A stretch of 64,000 bases of DNA from Octopus bimaculoides (lineage: Eukaryota). The stretch's first letter is position 1. The number at the start of each line of letters is the position of its first letter. The notes beneath the pieces are model-generated. The model saw nothing but the letters and a program-made list of their open reading frames with translations, was not told the DNA's origin and searched no databases. Of this stretch, positions 52,829 to 64,000 are shown piece after piece. Where the stretch lies: NCBI RefSeq assembly GCF_001194135.2, contig NC_068992.1:13751584-13815583 (forward strand), given 5' to 3'. The translations under genes and the position numbers were made by a program.

Positions 52829-53394
52829 TATGTGTATATATATATGTATATTTATATATGTGTATATATATATACATATTTATCTATATATATTTATAAA
52901 TATATACTTACATATATATATATATATATATCATATATATATATATACAGATACCTAGATAAGTNNNNNNNNNNNNNNNNNNNNNNNNNNNNNNNNNNNN
53001 NNNNNNNNNNNNNNNNNNNNNNNNNNNNNNNNNNNNNNNNNNNNNNNNNNNNNNNNNNNNNNNNNNNNNNNNNNNNNNNNNNNNNNNNNNNNNNNNNNNN
53101 NNNNNNNNNNNNNNNNNNNNNNNNNNNNNNNNNNNNNNNNNNNNNNNNNNNNNNNNNNNNNNNNNNNNNNNNNNNNNNNNNNNNNNNNNNNNNNNNNNNN
53201 NNNNNNNNNNNNNNNNNNNNNNNNNNNNNNNNNNNNNNNNNNNNNATATATCATATATATATATATATATATCATATATATATATATACAGATACCTAGA
53301 TAAGTAGATAGATATAAATATATGGTTATATGTATGTATGTATATATATATATATATATATACATATATCTATGTATACATCTATGTTTACATC

Positions 53395-53477
<83 letters not shown>
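53395..53477. repeat. (GATA)n microsatellite
   Basis: Directly visible; similar tracts at about 12214-12310 and 34742-34795. Confidence 0.95.
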
Positions 53478-54063
53478 GGCCCGTTACCAATTAAAAACTA
53501 ACGCAAATTAATAAAGAAGGGCACAAGATAGAACCAATGTTGCTAGAAATAATAGCCAAAACAACTCGAATAAACACACAAAGCACTAACCTGACAGGTT
53601 GACAAAAGCGAGGGAGAGAGCCAAAGCACTTCTCCATGGTGAGATGAATTCCCATATGAATTGCAATCAAATTTGAATTTTTCAAAGGGACTTTGTAAGA
53701 CAAGCTAAAACGCAGAAAACGGCCAACAGGCATGCGCTGAAGTCTTGCAAACAGTAGAAAGTAAGAGTCTTCTTCCTCGAAAGAATATTCGATGACCACA
53801 AATCGATTCGAAACTAGTTTCTCGAAATTGGTGCTCAAGCCTTGAAAAAAAAAGGAGCTAAACTACATCAGCCGTAAGGGAATACATGTTTATTTTATCT
53901 AACTCGTCCAGTAGAGCCCACTGTTGCTCGAACTTCGATCTAACTCCGAGCTTGGGACAACAACTCGTGTTGGATAAACTCGAATAGTAAGCTCTTTGCT
54001 CTTTATAACCGTTTTATGAAGACACGTGCATGCCACGTGCAATAGACAGTCTAGCTAAACGTG

Positions 54064-54175
54064 ACACTTTCAATACAGTAACCATAAGAGCATCACAGCA
54101 AACCACAGAATATACCCAAGGCGCACAGAGCTGCGCTCGGTAGTGAAGTGAAAGCACGCTATAAAAATAAATCTA

Positions 54176-54238
<63 letters not shown>
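54064..54238 (+). mobile_element. 5'-truncated LINE 3' end with (TAA)n tail, probably R4/Dong-like
   Basis: Unique about 115-bp segment ending ...aaaaataaatctactgaa followed by about 20 TAA units. Family assignment is from recall of octopus repeats and Dong's known (TAA)n association. Confidence 0.55.
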
Positions 54239-54240
<2 letters not shown>

Positions 54241-55481
54241 TCCTTTTACTATAGGTGCAATGCCTGCAATTTAAAAAAAGAAAGCGAGGATAGTCGATTT
54301 CATCGACTTGGTTCTTCATTGATAATCACTAATAATTGTATGTGTGTGCGCGTGTTCGTAACTATTGGAAATACTATCTTAGTTTAAGTCGAACTCAGAA
54401 CCGGTATGTGTCTAAATCGATTTATCACCCAAAATGCCGCTGGTCATTTGGAGAATTTCTCTAATTTATGTGATATAAGCTGTAATAAGCACCAACAATA
54501 AAAATCGTTTTGCTGAATAAAATCATATTTACGTAAAAAAATATAAGCACTAATTCGAAAAAATATAAATATATCATATATTATAATAAATTCCAAATTC
54601 GCTAGAATCATGAAAACATAACTATTGCTTATGAATTTCTCTCGTTTTCTTTTTCTTATCATACTCTCAGTCTCGTGAGTATGAATATGTTGTTATGGAA
54701 ACTAAAGTAATGTGTCAAAAAAAAAAAGTCTCTGTAAACAAAAGCTAAATTTCACTAAAGTATATTTTGAAGAGAAATTGTAATATTAAAATGTTAGACG
54801 TTTAGTGGGTTTTTTTCTTCCATTCATGAAGTTATCACACACAAATATATGATTTTAAAACATCTTTTCCTTTATTTAACACAACATGGGGAAGAAATAA
54901 ATATATTCTGACCTTTTATTTAGCTTTGTATTTTTATTTTCTATATACTTTTAGCAGTTATTTGGAAGAGTAAAAAAGTTTCGTTTAATATTTCGTCAAG
55001 CTATCTAACTCATAGTCCATGAATACTGATATATTTTAACAGAGAATATGTCTGCAATGTTAAATACTATTCATTATGGATATATTGTTTGGACTTTTTG
55101 AGAAAGTTTGTATAGAAAATCTACCTGTTGATGGCTTTTAATAAATAATTCACTCTGCAAGTAAATATTGTTGTAAAGTTTTAACCACCTGCAGTAAAGT
55201 GCATTGTCGATGGCTGGGCATGGAAGGCTTCACCTTTATGTAAATTATCACAAGAGTGCGAAATATATGAGACAGCATTAGTCAATATTTTCTGGTCAAT
55301 CCGCTACCTAACGTCGCATTGTAATATACTGTCATAATGCAGAATTAATTTTAATACGAATATACAAAAGAAAATGCATTCAATAAAAACAAAATAACAC
55401 AAACATACACACCCATATGTGTGTGTGGGTGTGTGTGTGTGTGGGTGTGTGGGTGTGTGGGTGTGCGCGCGCGCGTGTATA

Positions 55482-56100
55482 CTAGCAGAGACACCTGGCG
55501 TTGCCCGGGAACGAAATATTTCCTTATATATTGGAAGAAAAAAGCAAAATAATTTGTTTAGAAATTTGTTTTCCTAAATTCAATTTATTACTCAGTTGGG
55601 ATGCAATGTATTTTTTATGAATCTAATTGTTTGGGTACCATACAGTACTTTCATACACTGCATTGATGGATGGATATAGAATATCCTGCATTTCTTCACT
55701 GATTCGTTGATGTACAAATTTTCAATATATATTTTTTTCTTTTATATGTCATATCTACTTGGAGAAGGCTGTAGAATATCTGTTTCCCTAATCACTGAAG
55801 ATCGCTTTATGAGAGAGGGGAAATATTGTTTAAGGTAGCCGTCTCTTATATTCATGAGATTGTATCATTTCCAGGCCACTCGCTTGAGATTTACCGTCGC
55901 TTCTCAGATAAATTGTTTCATAATCCAGTTTATATTGGCAGGGTGCATTTCAGTTTTCCTACTGGTGATGGTATATGCAATTTCCATTTCCATTTTGTAA
56001 AATGTGCAAGTTTTATTTTAGCAAATATTTCCGACATTTTTTATGATGGTACAATAACTCTCCAAACATCACATCAAATATTACTAACAGTATTCCTCTT
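55482..56100 (-). mobile_element. Probable Helitron 3' end with decayed helicase remnant
   Basis: Minus strand CCCGGGCAACGCCAGG (hairpin) -TGTCTCTG-CTAG|T at 55509-55481 is the canonical Helitron 3' terminus. Upstream minus-strand peptides (YLKQYFPSL...ETDILQP, RFIKNTLHPN) weakly resemble Pif1-type Helitron helicase. Confidence 0.5.
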
Positions 56101-56359
56101 GCTCATTAACATAAATTGATTTACGCTTATATATTCCACATATCAAACATTAGTATTATATTCCTTATATAATATATATATATTGTTATTTATATCTAAT
56201 TTGTTTAATTTGTTGTGACACTATATTTCTTCAACGTTGTATGTGCTATTCAGTTAAAAAGTTGTTATTCTTTAGCCCTTAATCTAAAATTCTGTATATA
56301 TAACATCATTTTTTAAAGATTTATTTCTCCTTCCTTATCGGATACTTACTGGTCGACGA

Positions 56360-56690
56360 GCGATCTTTCCTCTTCTACCCATTCGTAGTCGCCAAGTCGA
56401 TGCAAATACGTAACAAGGGTACTTCAACATATTTGGTGTTATCCTAAAACATCTTCTGCTCTAGAACAAGGGTTATTTTCAACAATTCTCTTAACAGCGC
56501 GAAGACACCTGTCAGGAGGTCAGGGTTGGCCAGAGCGGGAAAGTGTTCAATTCTTTTCTTTGCTGGGAAATTTGTACAATAGCTCCGTCGACTATGGTAA
56601 CAATCTGACACTGGCCAAATCCACTCTCAGGGTGACTTACGATAGGCTCTCTTTAAGTATCCAAAATTTCTTCTGCAAATGTTGTTCGCA
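56360..56690 (-). mobile_element. Mariner N-terminal HTH fragment, decayed
   Basis: LSRSGQP*PPDRCLRAVKRIVENNPCSRAEDVLG...STLVTYLHRLG resembles PRSGRP...LRAIVEQNP.....LA..LG...ST..RHL..LG. Confidence 0.45.
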
Positions 56691-56904
56691 GCATGGATAG
56701 TTTCTATCAGCAATCAATATACTGTAACCTAAATGGAAAAATGATAATACGTGAACAGGTCTGAGGCACCAAGGTTTTCATATTTACTTTTGTCTTGTGT
56801 CACAATAGATAAAACATCTATCTACGAATCACAAGGTTCCCGGTTCCACTACCGGCGAGACATAGGCGAATGTGTTTTGATATAGTTTCAAATTTAAAAG
56901 CTTT

Positions 56905-57292
56905 ATAGGAGTGGCTGCGTGGCAAGACGTTTGCTTCCCAGCCACATGGTTTCGGGTTCAGTAGGCTTCGTGACACCTTGAGCAAGTGTCTTCTAATATA
57001 GACCGCGGTCCACCAAAAGCCACGTGAATGGGTTTGGTTGACGGGAACTGAAAATAGCTCATGGTGAGTGTGTGTGCGTTCGCGCGCGTAAGAGAGAGAG
57101 TGTCTGCGTGTTTATCCTTGTGTGTATGTATGTGTGTGCTGTGTTTTCTTGTTCCATCATAACAATCGGCAGTCTTGCAAAAAAGAGATCGATAATCGAT
57201 ATGGTAATTACTGGGTTCGATATTTTTCGACTAAACCTTTCAAGGTGATGCCTGAACATTGCCGCAGTCCAATGACTGGAAACAGTTAAAGA
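56905..57292 (+). mobile_element. SINE family A, diverged full-length
   Basis: aggagtggctgcgtggcaag...gggttcag...ccttgagcaagtgtcttctaatatag...gccgcagtccaatgactggaaacag. Confidence 0.85.
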
Positions 57293-57297
57293 TAATA

Positions 57298-57328
<31 letters not shown>

Positions 57329-57586
57329 NNNNNNNNNNNNNNNNNNNNNNNNNNNNNNNNNNNNNNNNNNNNNNNNNNNNNNNNNNNNNNNNNNNNNNNN
57401 NNNNNNNNNNNNNNNNNNNNNNNNNNNNNNNNNNNNNNNNNNNNNNNNNNNNNNNNNNNNNNNNNNNNNNNNNNNNNNNNNNNNNNNNNNNNNNNNNNNN
57501 NNNNNNNNNNNNNNNNNNNNNNNNNNNNNNNNNNNNNNNNNNNNNNNNNNNNNNNNNNNNNNNNNNNNNNNNNNNNNNNNNNNNNN

Positions 57587-57639
<53 letters not shown>

Positions 57640-58361
57640 TTAAAGTATAATTCCTTTGGGACTTTACCAACTCATATTTCATTATTCTATTTATCAAATA
57701 ATGTTTGTTCTCTTCAGTTCAATTGCAAACAGTTACTCATTTCATTTCTTTGTTCTCCGTTCTATCATATATATTCCTGTATCGACTTTAATATTAAAAG
57801 CCCAACGGGAGAATACGGGGGTGGGGGTTGAAATGGACTTGTGAATGTTTTGAAAATTGGTAATGCAGAAATTGTTATTTGCAACGTTTTGCGTCTAAGC
57901 CTAAAATAATCATCGCTCTAAAGCTAAAATACACATAAATGTAAGTAAATACCGATGAATACCAAAAATACAAGAATTTCAGTAATAGTGGGATTTTTCG
58001 CAAATGGTTCGTAATCTACTGGCACCGAATTCAAATACTTCAAATATATATGTATGTCTGCCTGCTGAAAATAACAGTCAAATCTCTTATTTAAATCCCT
58101 AAAATTACACTACTGATACCTACAAAAATCAACCGAAAGCAAACTATGTTAATAAAATCTCTTGACCTACATTTAAGTATAAGGACTCACGTGGACCGGT
58201 TTCTGTAGTGGCAAAATAAATAAATAAATTACCTTAACGTCATCAACACGTGTTACCATTAAAAGGGACCCCCAACTACCCGTGTTGAAATCTGCGCTGC
58301 AACTGCTTCGTCTTACGCTGAAATCAAATTAGTCTACTTGTGAAAAACTCTACTCGCTATA

Positions 58362-58674
58362 CAGGGGCAAATAATTCGCAAGGAAAAAATATAATCATCG
58401 AAAATTAATTTGCTAAGATATTATTAATTTTGTTATCATCTGGAATTACTATTTTAAAAAATGATAATAACAGAATTAATAATATAGGCGATTGCAGACC
58501 CAAGGAAAGCATTAAATAGCTGAAGGATTAAAATTAAAACTATATATATATATTATTAATTCTGTTATTATCATTTTTTTTTAAATAGTCATTCCAGATG
58601 ATAACAAAATTAATAAAATCTTAGCAAATTAATTTTCGAGAATTATACATTTTCTCGCAAATTATTTACCCCTG
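58362..58674. mobile_element. 313-bp fold-back MITE, about 125-bp TIRs, TA target-site duplication (Tc1/mariner type)
   Basis: TA|caggggcaaataatt... (58362-58486) and ...aattatttacccctg|TA (58549-58674) are about 90% identical inverted arms around a 62-bp spacer. Confidence 0.9.
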
Positions 58675-59543
58675 TATATATATNNNNNNNNNNNNNNNNN
58701 NNNNNNNNNNNNNNNNNNNNNNNNNNNNNNNNNNNNNNNNNNNNNNNNNNNNNNNNNNNNNNNNNNNNNNNNNNNNNNNNNNNNNNNNNNNNNNNNNNNN
58801 NNNNNNNNNNNNNNNNNNNNNNNNNNNNNNNNNNNNNNNNNNNNNNNNNNNNNNNNNNNNNNNNNNNNNNNNNNNNNNNNNNNNNNNNNNNNNNNNNNNN
58901 NNNNNNNNNNNNNNNNNNNNNNNNNNNNNNNNNNNNNNNNNNNNNNNNNNNNNNNNNNNNNNNNNNNNNNNNNNNNNNNNNNNNNNNNNNNNNNNNNNNN
59001 NNNNNNNNNNNNNNNNNNNNNNNNNNNNNNNNNNNNNNNNNNNNNNNNNNNNNNNNNNNNNNNNNNNNNNNNNNNNNNNNNNNNNNNNNNNNNNNNNNNN
59101 NNNNNNNNNNNNNNNNNNNNNNNNNNNNNNNNNNNNNNNNNNNNNNNNNNNNNTATATATATATTTATATATATATATATGTATGCATGTATGTATGTAT
59201 ATATGTATGTATGTATATATATGTATGTATATGTATGTATGCATGTAATTATGTATATGCAGGCATGTATATGCCATTGTAATATATATATCCATGTTAG
59301 GGACAACATAGCAGGAATAGGCGCCGAATTAAACGTTTATGAACGTTTGTATGCTTCCATGCAGAACGTATGTATGTTTGCATGTATGCTTGCATTTATG
59401 TTTAGTAAACAATGTGTGACGAGTCAATGTGATAATACACCTAATTCCATCTTAAAGGAACAAGTTCTGCGACTAACCACAAGAAAGTAGTTGTACCACT
59501 AACACCATTTAACAAATAAGTAGTGACTTCGCTTCGATGTTAG

Positions 59544-59634
59544 GGAACAAACAGCTTCACTAAATACAATCTTCATCTTTGTGACAAGGAGCGGCTATAC
59601 TGATTTTTCCACAATGGAGCTTTCCTATCGTAAA
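59544..59634 (+). CDS. Candidate 91-nt exon, phase 2 to 0 (EQTASLNTIFIFVTRSGYTDFSTMELSYRK), or a start exon at ACAATGG (59614)
   Basis: Branch-point-like cactaac about 40 nt upstream, acceptor cttcgcttcgatgttag|, donor AAA|gtatgt. Confidence 0.25.
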
Positions 59635-60582
59635 GTATGTCATGATAAAATGAAAATAAAATATAAGTAAATATTGTTATTGGCATTGTATGTTACTACT
59701 TGGTATTGTGTCTAACTTGGTATTATAGAATTAATGAAAACTTGGTAGTTTCTGGAAGTACTGCAAAGATATTTCAATGCAAGAATGACCTGTTTCATGA
59801 ATTTTGTATGAGATAAATTATTTCTTATTCCCATTTGTGTGGTGAAGAATATAAGATGAAATGAGATTTCATTAGAATCTATACAAAAGTTACTTTATTA
59901 GTATTTGGTTCATTGCTGGGCCGTATCTTTTCTTATGTTTCTCATTTCATATGCCATCACCGATTTTTCCCGGTCTCTCAAAAGAAAAACGAAAAGCAAT
60001 TAAAAAAAAAGATTTGCATACGAACAGAATTGTACTTTCTGTCACACGCCCACACACGCACACAAACGCACATACACAGTCACAGATACACACACACACG
60101 CACACTCAGCACACTCAGCACACTCACACACACACGCACACACATATATANNNNNNNNNNNNNNNNNNNNNNNNNNNNNNNNNNNNNNNNNNNNNNNNNN
60201 NNNNNNNNNNNNNNNNNNNNNNNNNNNNNNNNNNNNNNNNNNNNNNNNNNNNNNNNNNNNNNNNNNNNNNNNNNNNNNNNNNNNNNNNNNNNNNNNNNNN
60301 NNNNNNNNNNNNNNNNNNNNNNNNNNNNNNNNNNNNNNNNNNNNNNNNNNNNNNNNNNNNNNNNNNNNNNNNNNNNNNNNNNNNNNNNNNNNNNNNNNNN
60401 NNNNNNNNNNNNNNNNNNNNNNNNNNNNNNNNNNNNNNNNNNNNNNNNNNNNNNNNNNNNNNNNNNNNNNNNNNNNNNNNNNNNNNNNNNNNNNNNNNNN
60501 NNNNNNNNNNNNNNNNNNNNNNNNNNNNNNNNNNNNNNNNNNNNNNNNNNNNNNNNNNNNNNNNNNNNNNNNNNNNNNNNNN

Positions 60583-60616
<34 letters not shown>

Positions 60617-62500
60617 CAGAGAGGGAGGGAGAGAGAGATATGGCGAGAGACGCAGAGACAGACATACACACTTATATACAGTTATATGCACATACATGAA
60701 AATGAAGATGAATTGTTTAATTTACATTTGTTCTTTATTTTTATTTCAAATGGTGAGAAACCGTACTATTATTTTCAAGAATAATATGTCATTCCTCAAG
60801 GTGACATCTCATCTGCAATGATGCATAAATTACATATATTAATATTATCTGTTGTATTTAACTTTTAATAATTTGATTTGAACCTTGATTACCAAGAGAA
60901 GCATTCTCATCATCGAAGTTATTTCAACACAGAAATTTAACGTAGGTAATGAACTATCAAATTTAATATATTTAAATCATTAATCTCCACATTGGCGATA
61001 ATTGCTCCCATTAATATAATATTCTTCCAAGCAGAATAAAATCGTGCTATAATTTGATACCCAGTTACACCGAACACGTTTGCTAAAGTGTGCTATTTTT
61101 ATTTAAATATATTTGGATTCAGAAAGTTCAGCACTCGCGAACGAGACAGGTTTTTTGCGTGTAAAAAAAAAACTAAACAGTTATTGAACGCGGATAGTGA
61201 TTTGCTGATACTTGTCACGTCTCTTTCAACTGGCATATCTTATTTTCTCTCCTTGCTCTCTACTTATGGAGTTGAAATCACACCGGTTTTAATTATATTT
61301 AGTTATCAACTATCAGAATTTGATTATTTAAGAACCGGCCTCATGCTGACTTCATTTCAATTAACTAATTACATCACCTAAAATATGTCGCAATTTGCAA
61401 ATCCAAGACATCCTCAGCAAATCCATTAATAACTTTCTGATAAAATTGGATTACCAATGATTGATTTGACGAACCTCCAATGGTAAGTTGGAAGATTGGG
61501 GGCGTTTTTCAGTTAATTATATTGCAACGGGCTAACAGATAATGTAATCAAATTACATCTGTCACATGGAATTAAAAGATATATCGCATATTCTACGATA
61601 ACAAAAATCGTAGATTTGTAGCATAATCAAGTTTAGTTTTTTACATTTTATTTTATTATTTTATTAATTCATTTCTAGTTTTCAGTTTCTGAAATGCTAC
61701 GTTACTGCACTTTAGAGAAGCGTAATAAAAATTATATTCGTGCGGATCTTATTTTTTACCTCTGGTAAAGTATTGCAGGTAACCATTTCTATATTTAAAA
61801 AAAAGTAAATTTGCTTCTTATTATCATGGGAGCATTTTCAAAACATCAACCGATTTCAGTTGAGTTTGCACTCTTCGCTTTGTATTATATTCTTTTTCAT
61901 TTATATTCCGACTTTTGTGTCCTTTTGTCTTTTTTTCTTTTAACGTTTTTGTTTTTTTATTTTTTTGTTACTATTCATCTATCTTTATCACTGAAATCGA
62001 TTGGGGATCTGTATCACGAGGAAATGAAATAAATGATTCGTTAGGACAATGGCTAAACATCTAAATATGACAAATAATTATCTCATGAGAGGAAATGAAT
62101 TAATTTCCTAATATATGAAAAAGAAAACAATATAGCTGTTTGTGTCATTTTTATTTGATTTACTAAATTCTGTAGTGACACATTGTAAAACATCCATTTC
62201 CGTTCGCAGTCATGGTTTGATTGGGAATTAATATATTTGTCTAGTTGGGCTGCAAATACTATGTAAGCGTTAGCTGTATAGAAAACTTTCATGAGTTGTA
62301 CATTTCCATCTGTTTCTATAGCTACATATAATCTTTGATTTGGTGTTTCATTAAAATGAGATAGCTGCGTTATTAATAAATCCTGGTTTAGAAATTGCGA
62401 AGATTAAAGTAATTTTAAGATTTTCTTTGAAGAAATATCACATCAACTTATCTATACCCTGTGAAGATCGTCATTTCGCCTAATAATCATTTGTTCCCAG

Positions 62501-62599
62501 ACAAAAGCCGGATGCTGAAAGTAGATACGTTGATAGGTTGTTGGACGAATGTCGGAAAATAAAATTATACACAGCAATATTAGACCAGACCGTCATATT
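62501..62599 (+). CDS. Candidate 99-nt symmetric exon, phase 2 to 2 (QKPDAESRYVDRLLDECRKIKLYTAILDQTVI)
   Basis: cctaat branch-like motif, acceptor catttgttcccag|, donor |gtaagg; only one frame is open; protein-like amphipathic sequence. Confidence 0.3.
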
Positions 62600-63113
62600 G
62601 TAAGGTAATGTAAACCAATTTCATGTAATATATATGTAATTCTGACTTTCCCTTGTGTTGCGAAAGGTTCCTTCTTTCTATCTTTCCGTGCACCAGTAGC
62701 ATAAAAAATATGATCATTTTGTGATTAAACACACATTGTTCTACTTAATGAGTAGTCGATAAATGCCCAAATATAAGACTTAGCATGTCCACTAAAGTGC
62801 TAGCATAATATATGATTTCATTTGATAGCAGATTACAAATGCCATGGGTTGTGGAAAAAAACAAGATACGTTTATCGAAGTAGCGGCCAACAAACTGTGA
62901 AATGGTCCGCTTCCTGTTCTTTTAGCACATAAATAGCATAGAAAGAAAGTCATTATATTCTTCTTACACCTACTATGAAGCCTTCAAATAACAATTTTTA
63001 TTTAAGTTCTAATTTATATTCTATTGAGCATAATACATTGTTTAATTAATTTTAAAAAAACATGCACAAATATTCAAACTACTCTACGAATGTGTTACCC
63101 TAATTCTAGTTAA

Positions 63114-63424
63114 GGTGCGTGGCTTAGATGTTAGGGGTCTGCGGCTCACTGTCGTAAGGTCGTTAGGTGGCTACGCGGCGGCACGTTGTATAATTGAACA
63201 GGACACTTTTTTCACGTTGCTTCAATCCACTCGGCTAGCAAAAATGGGTTGTACCTGTATTTCAAAGGCCCCATCCTGTGTCACGCCGAATCTCCTTGTT
63301 AACTATGTTAAGGGTACGCGTGTCTGTGGGGTACTCGGCCACTTGAAGGTTAATTTCGCGAGTAGACTGTTCCGTAGGTCGTATCAATTGGAACACACGT
63401 CATCGTAACCGACAGAGTGCCACA
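63114..63424 (+). mobile_element. tRNA-derived SINE family D
   Basis: Head GGTGCGTGGCTTAGATGTTAGGG, CORE-like GAACAGGACACTTTTTTCACGTTGC, unique body ending gtaaccgacagagtgcca. Confidence 0.75.
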
Positions 63425-63425
63425 T

Positions 63426-63797
63426 GGCGCAGACGTGGCTGTGTGGTAAGAAGCTCGCTTCGCAACCACATAGTTCCCAGTTCAATCCCACTGCGTGGCA
63501 ACTTGGGCATATGTCTACTGCTAATAGCCTCGGACCGAATAAAGCCTTGTGAGTGGATTTGGTAGAGGGAAACTGAAAGAAGACTGTCGTCTGTGTGTGT
63601 GTGTGTGTGTGTGTGTCCATCATCGCTTGACAATTTCTGTTGGTGTGTTTACGTCCCCGTAACTTAGCGGTTCAGGAATAAGAACGATACAATTAGTAGT
63701 AGGCTTACAAAGGATACGTCCTGGGGTAGACTTGTTCGACTAAATGTGGTGCTCTAGCATGACCGCAGTCAAATGACTGAAACAGCTAAAAGAGAGA
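63426..63797 (+). mobile_element. SINE family A, full-length, directly after the family D copy
   Basis: GGCGCAGACGTGGCTGTGTGGTAAG head, CORE-like segment, internal (TG)n, tail aaaagagagaataaaa. Confidence 0.9.
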
Positions 63798-64000
63798 ATA
63801 AAATAATAATTCTACACTGTTCTACATAGTAGGGAACTTATGCTACCGACAACAATAAAAAAAAAAGGAAGATAGGTTCGTTTTCCCTATGATATGGTCC
63901 ACAAATCGTGAAATAGTTCGTCAGGAAGCTGTCATCCGCTGTTTTCGTCACACAAAACAGTATACATAGAAAGTCACTAAATTTTCAAACAGTTATTGTG

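Noticed and set aside
52929-53305. Direct repeat ...tacagatacctagataagt on both sides of the 52965-53245 gap
   Set aside because: Identical sequence at both gap edges is the typical unmerged contig-overlap artefact.
53491-53838. 115-aa minus-strand ORF
   Set aside because: No family motif or splice support; the plus strand shows only a very weak Tc1/mariner-like echo.
5835-56690. piRNA-cluster-like uni-strand transposon array
   Set aside because: TE fragments lie on both strands without clear bias, and their density looks ordinary for a repeat-rich genome.
583-60821. Long ORFs in the track (poly-YI, HT, CV, X-rich, up to 470 aa)
   Set aside because: They are translations of (TA)n/(CA)n/(TG)n microsatellites or span N-gaps.

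Overview
AT-rich eukaryotic, largely non-coding DNA with no complete gene. It has 12 N-gaps (about 4.4 kb), most flanked by (TA)n, and very dense di-, tri- and tetranucleotide microsatellites. The SINE and transposon repertoire matches my recollection of octopus (coleoid cephalopod) genomes; this is inference, not a database result. The window holds decayed transposons: at least four tRNA-derived SINE families, non-LTR fragments (CR1-group, Tx1/L1, RTE, R4/Dong-like RLE type), a Penelope-like RT + GIY-YIG remnant, several mariner pieces, a TA-flanked fold-back MITE and a probable Helitron 3' end. Most long ORFs in the supplied track are microsatellite or N-gap artefacts; several shorter ones translate these transposon relics. 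A few short + strand segments with good splice signals and one open frame may be exons of a large-intron host gene, but I cannot identify it or chain the exons. I found no convincing new protein-based system. The best structural oddity is a SINE subfamily forming head-to-tail concatemers, joined at the same nucleotide of the SINE's own head at three junctions in two loci. This suggests self-targeted insertion.
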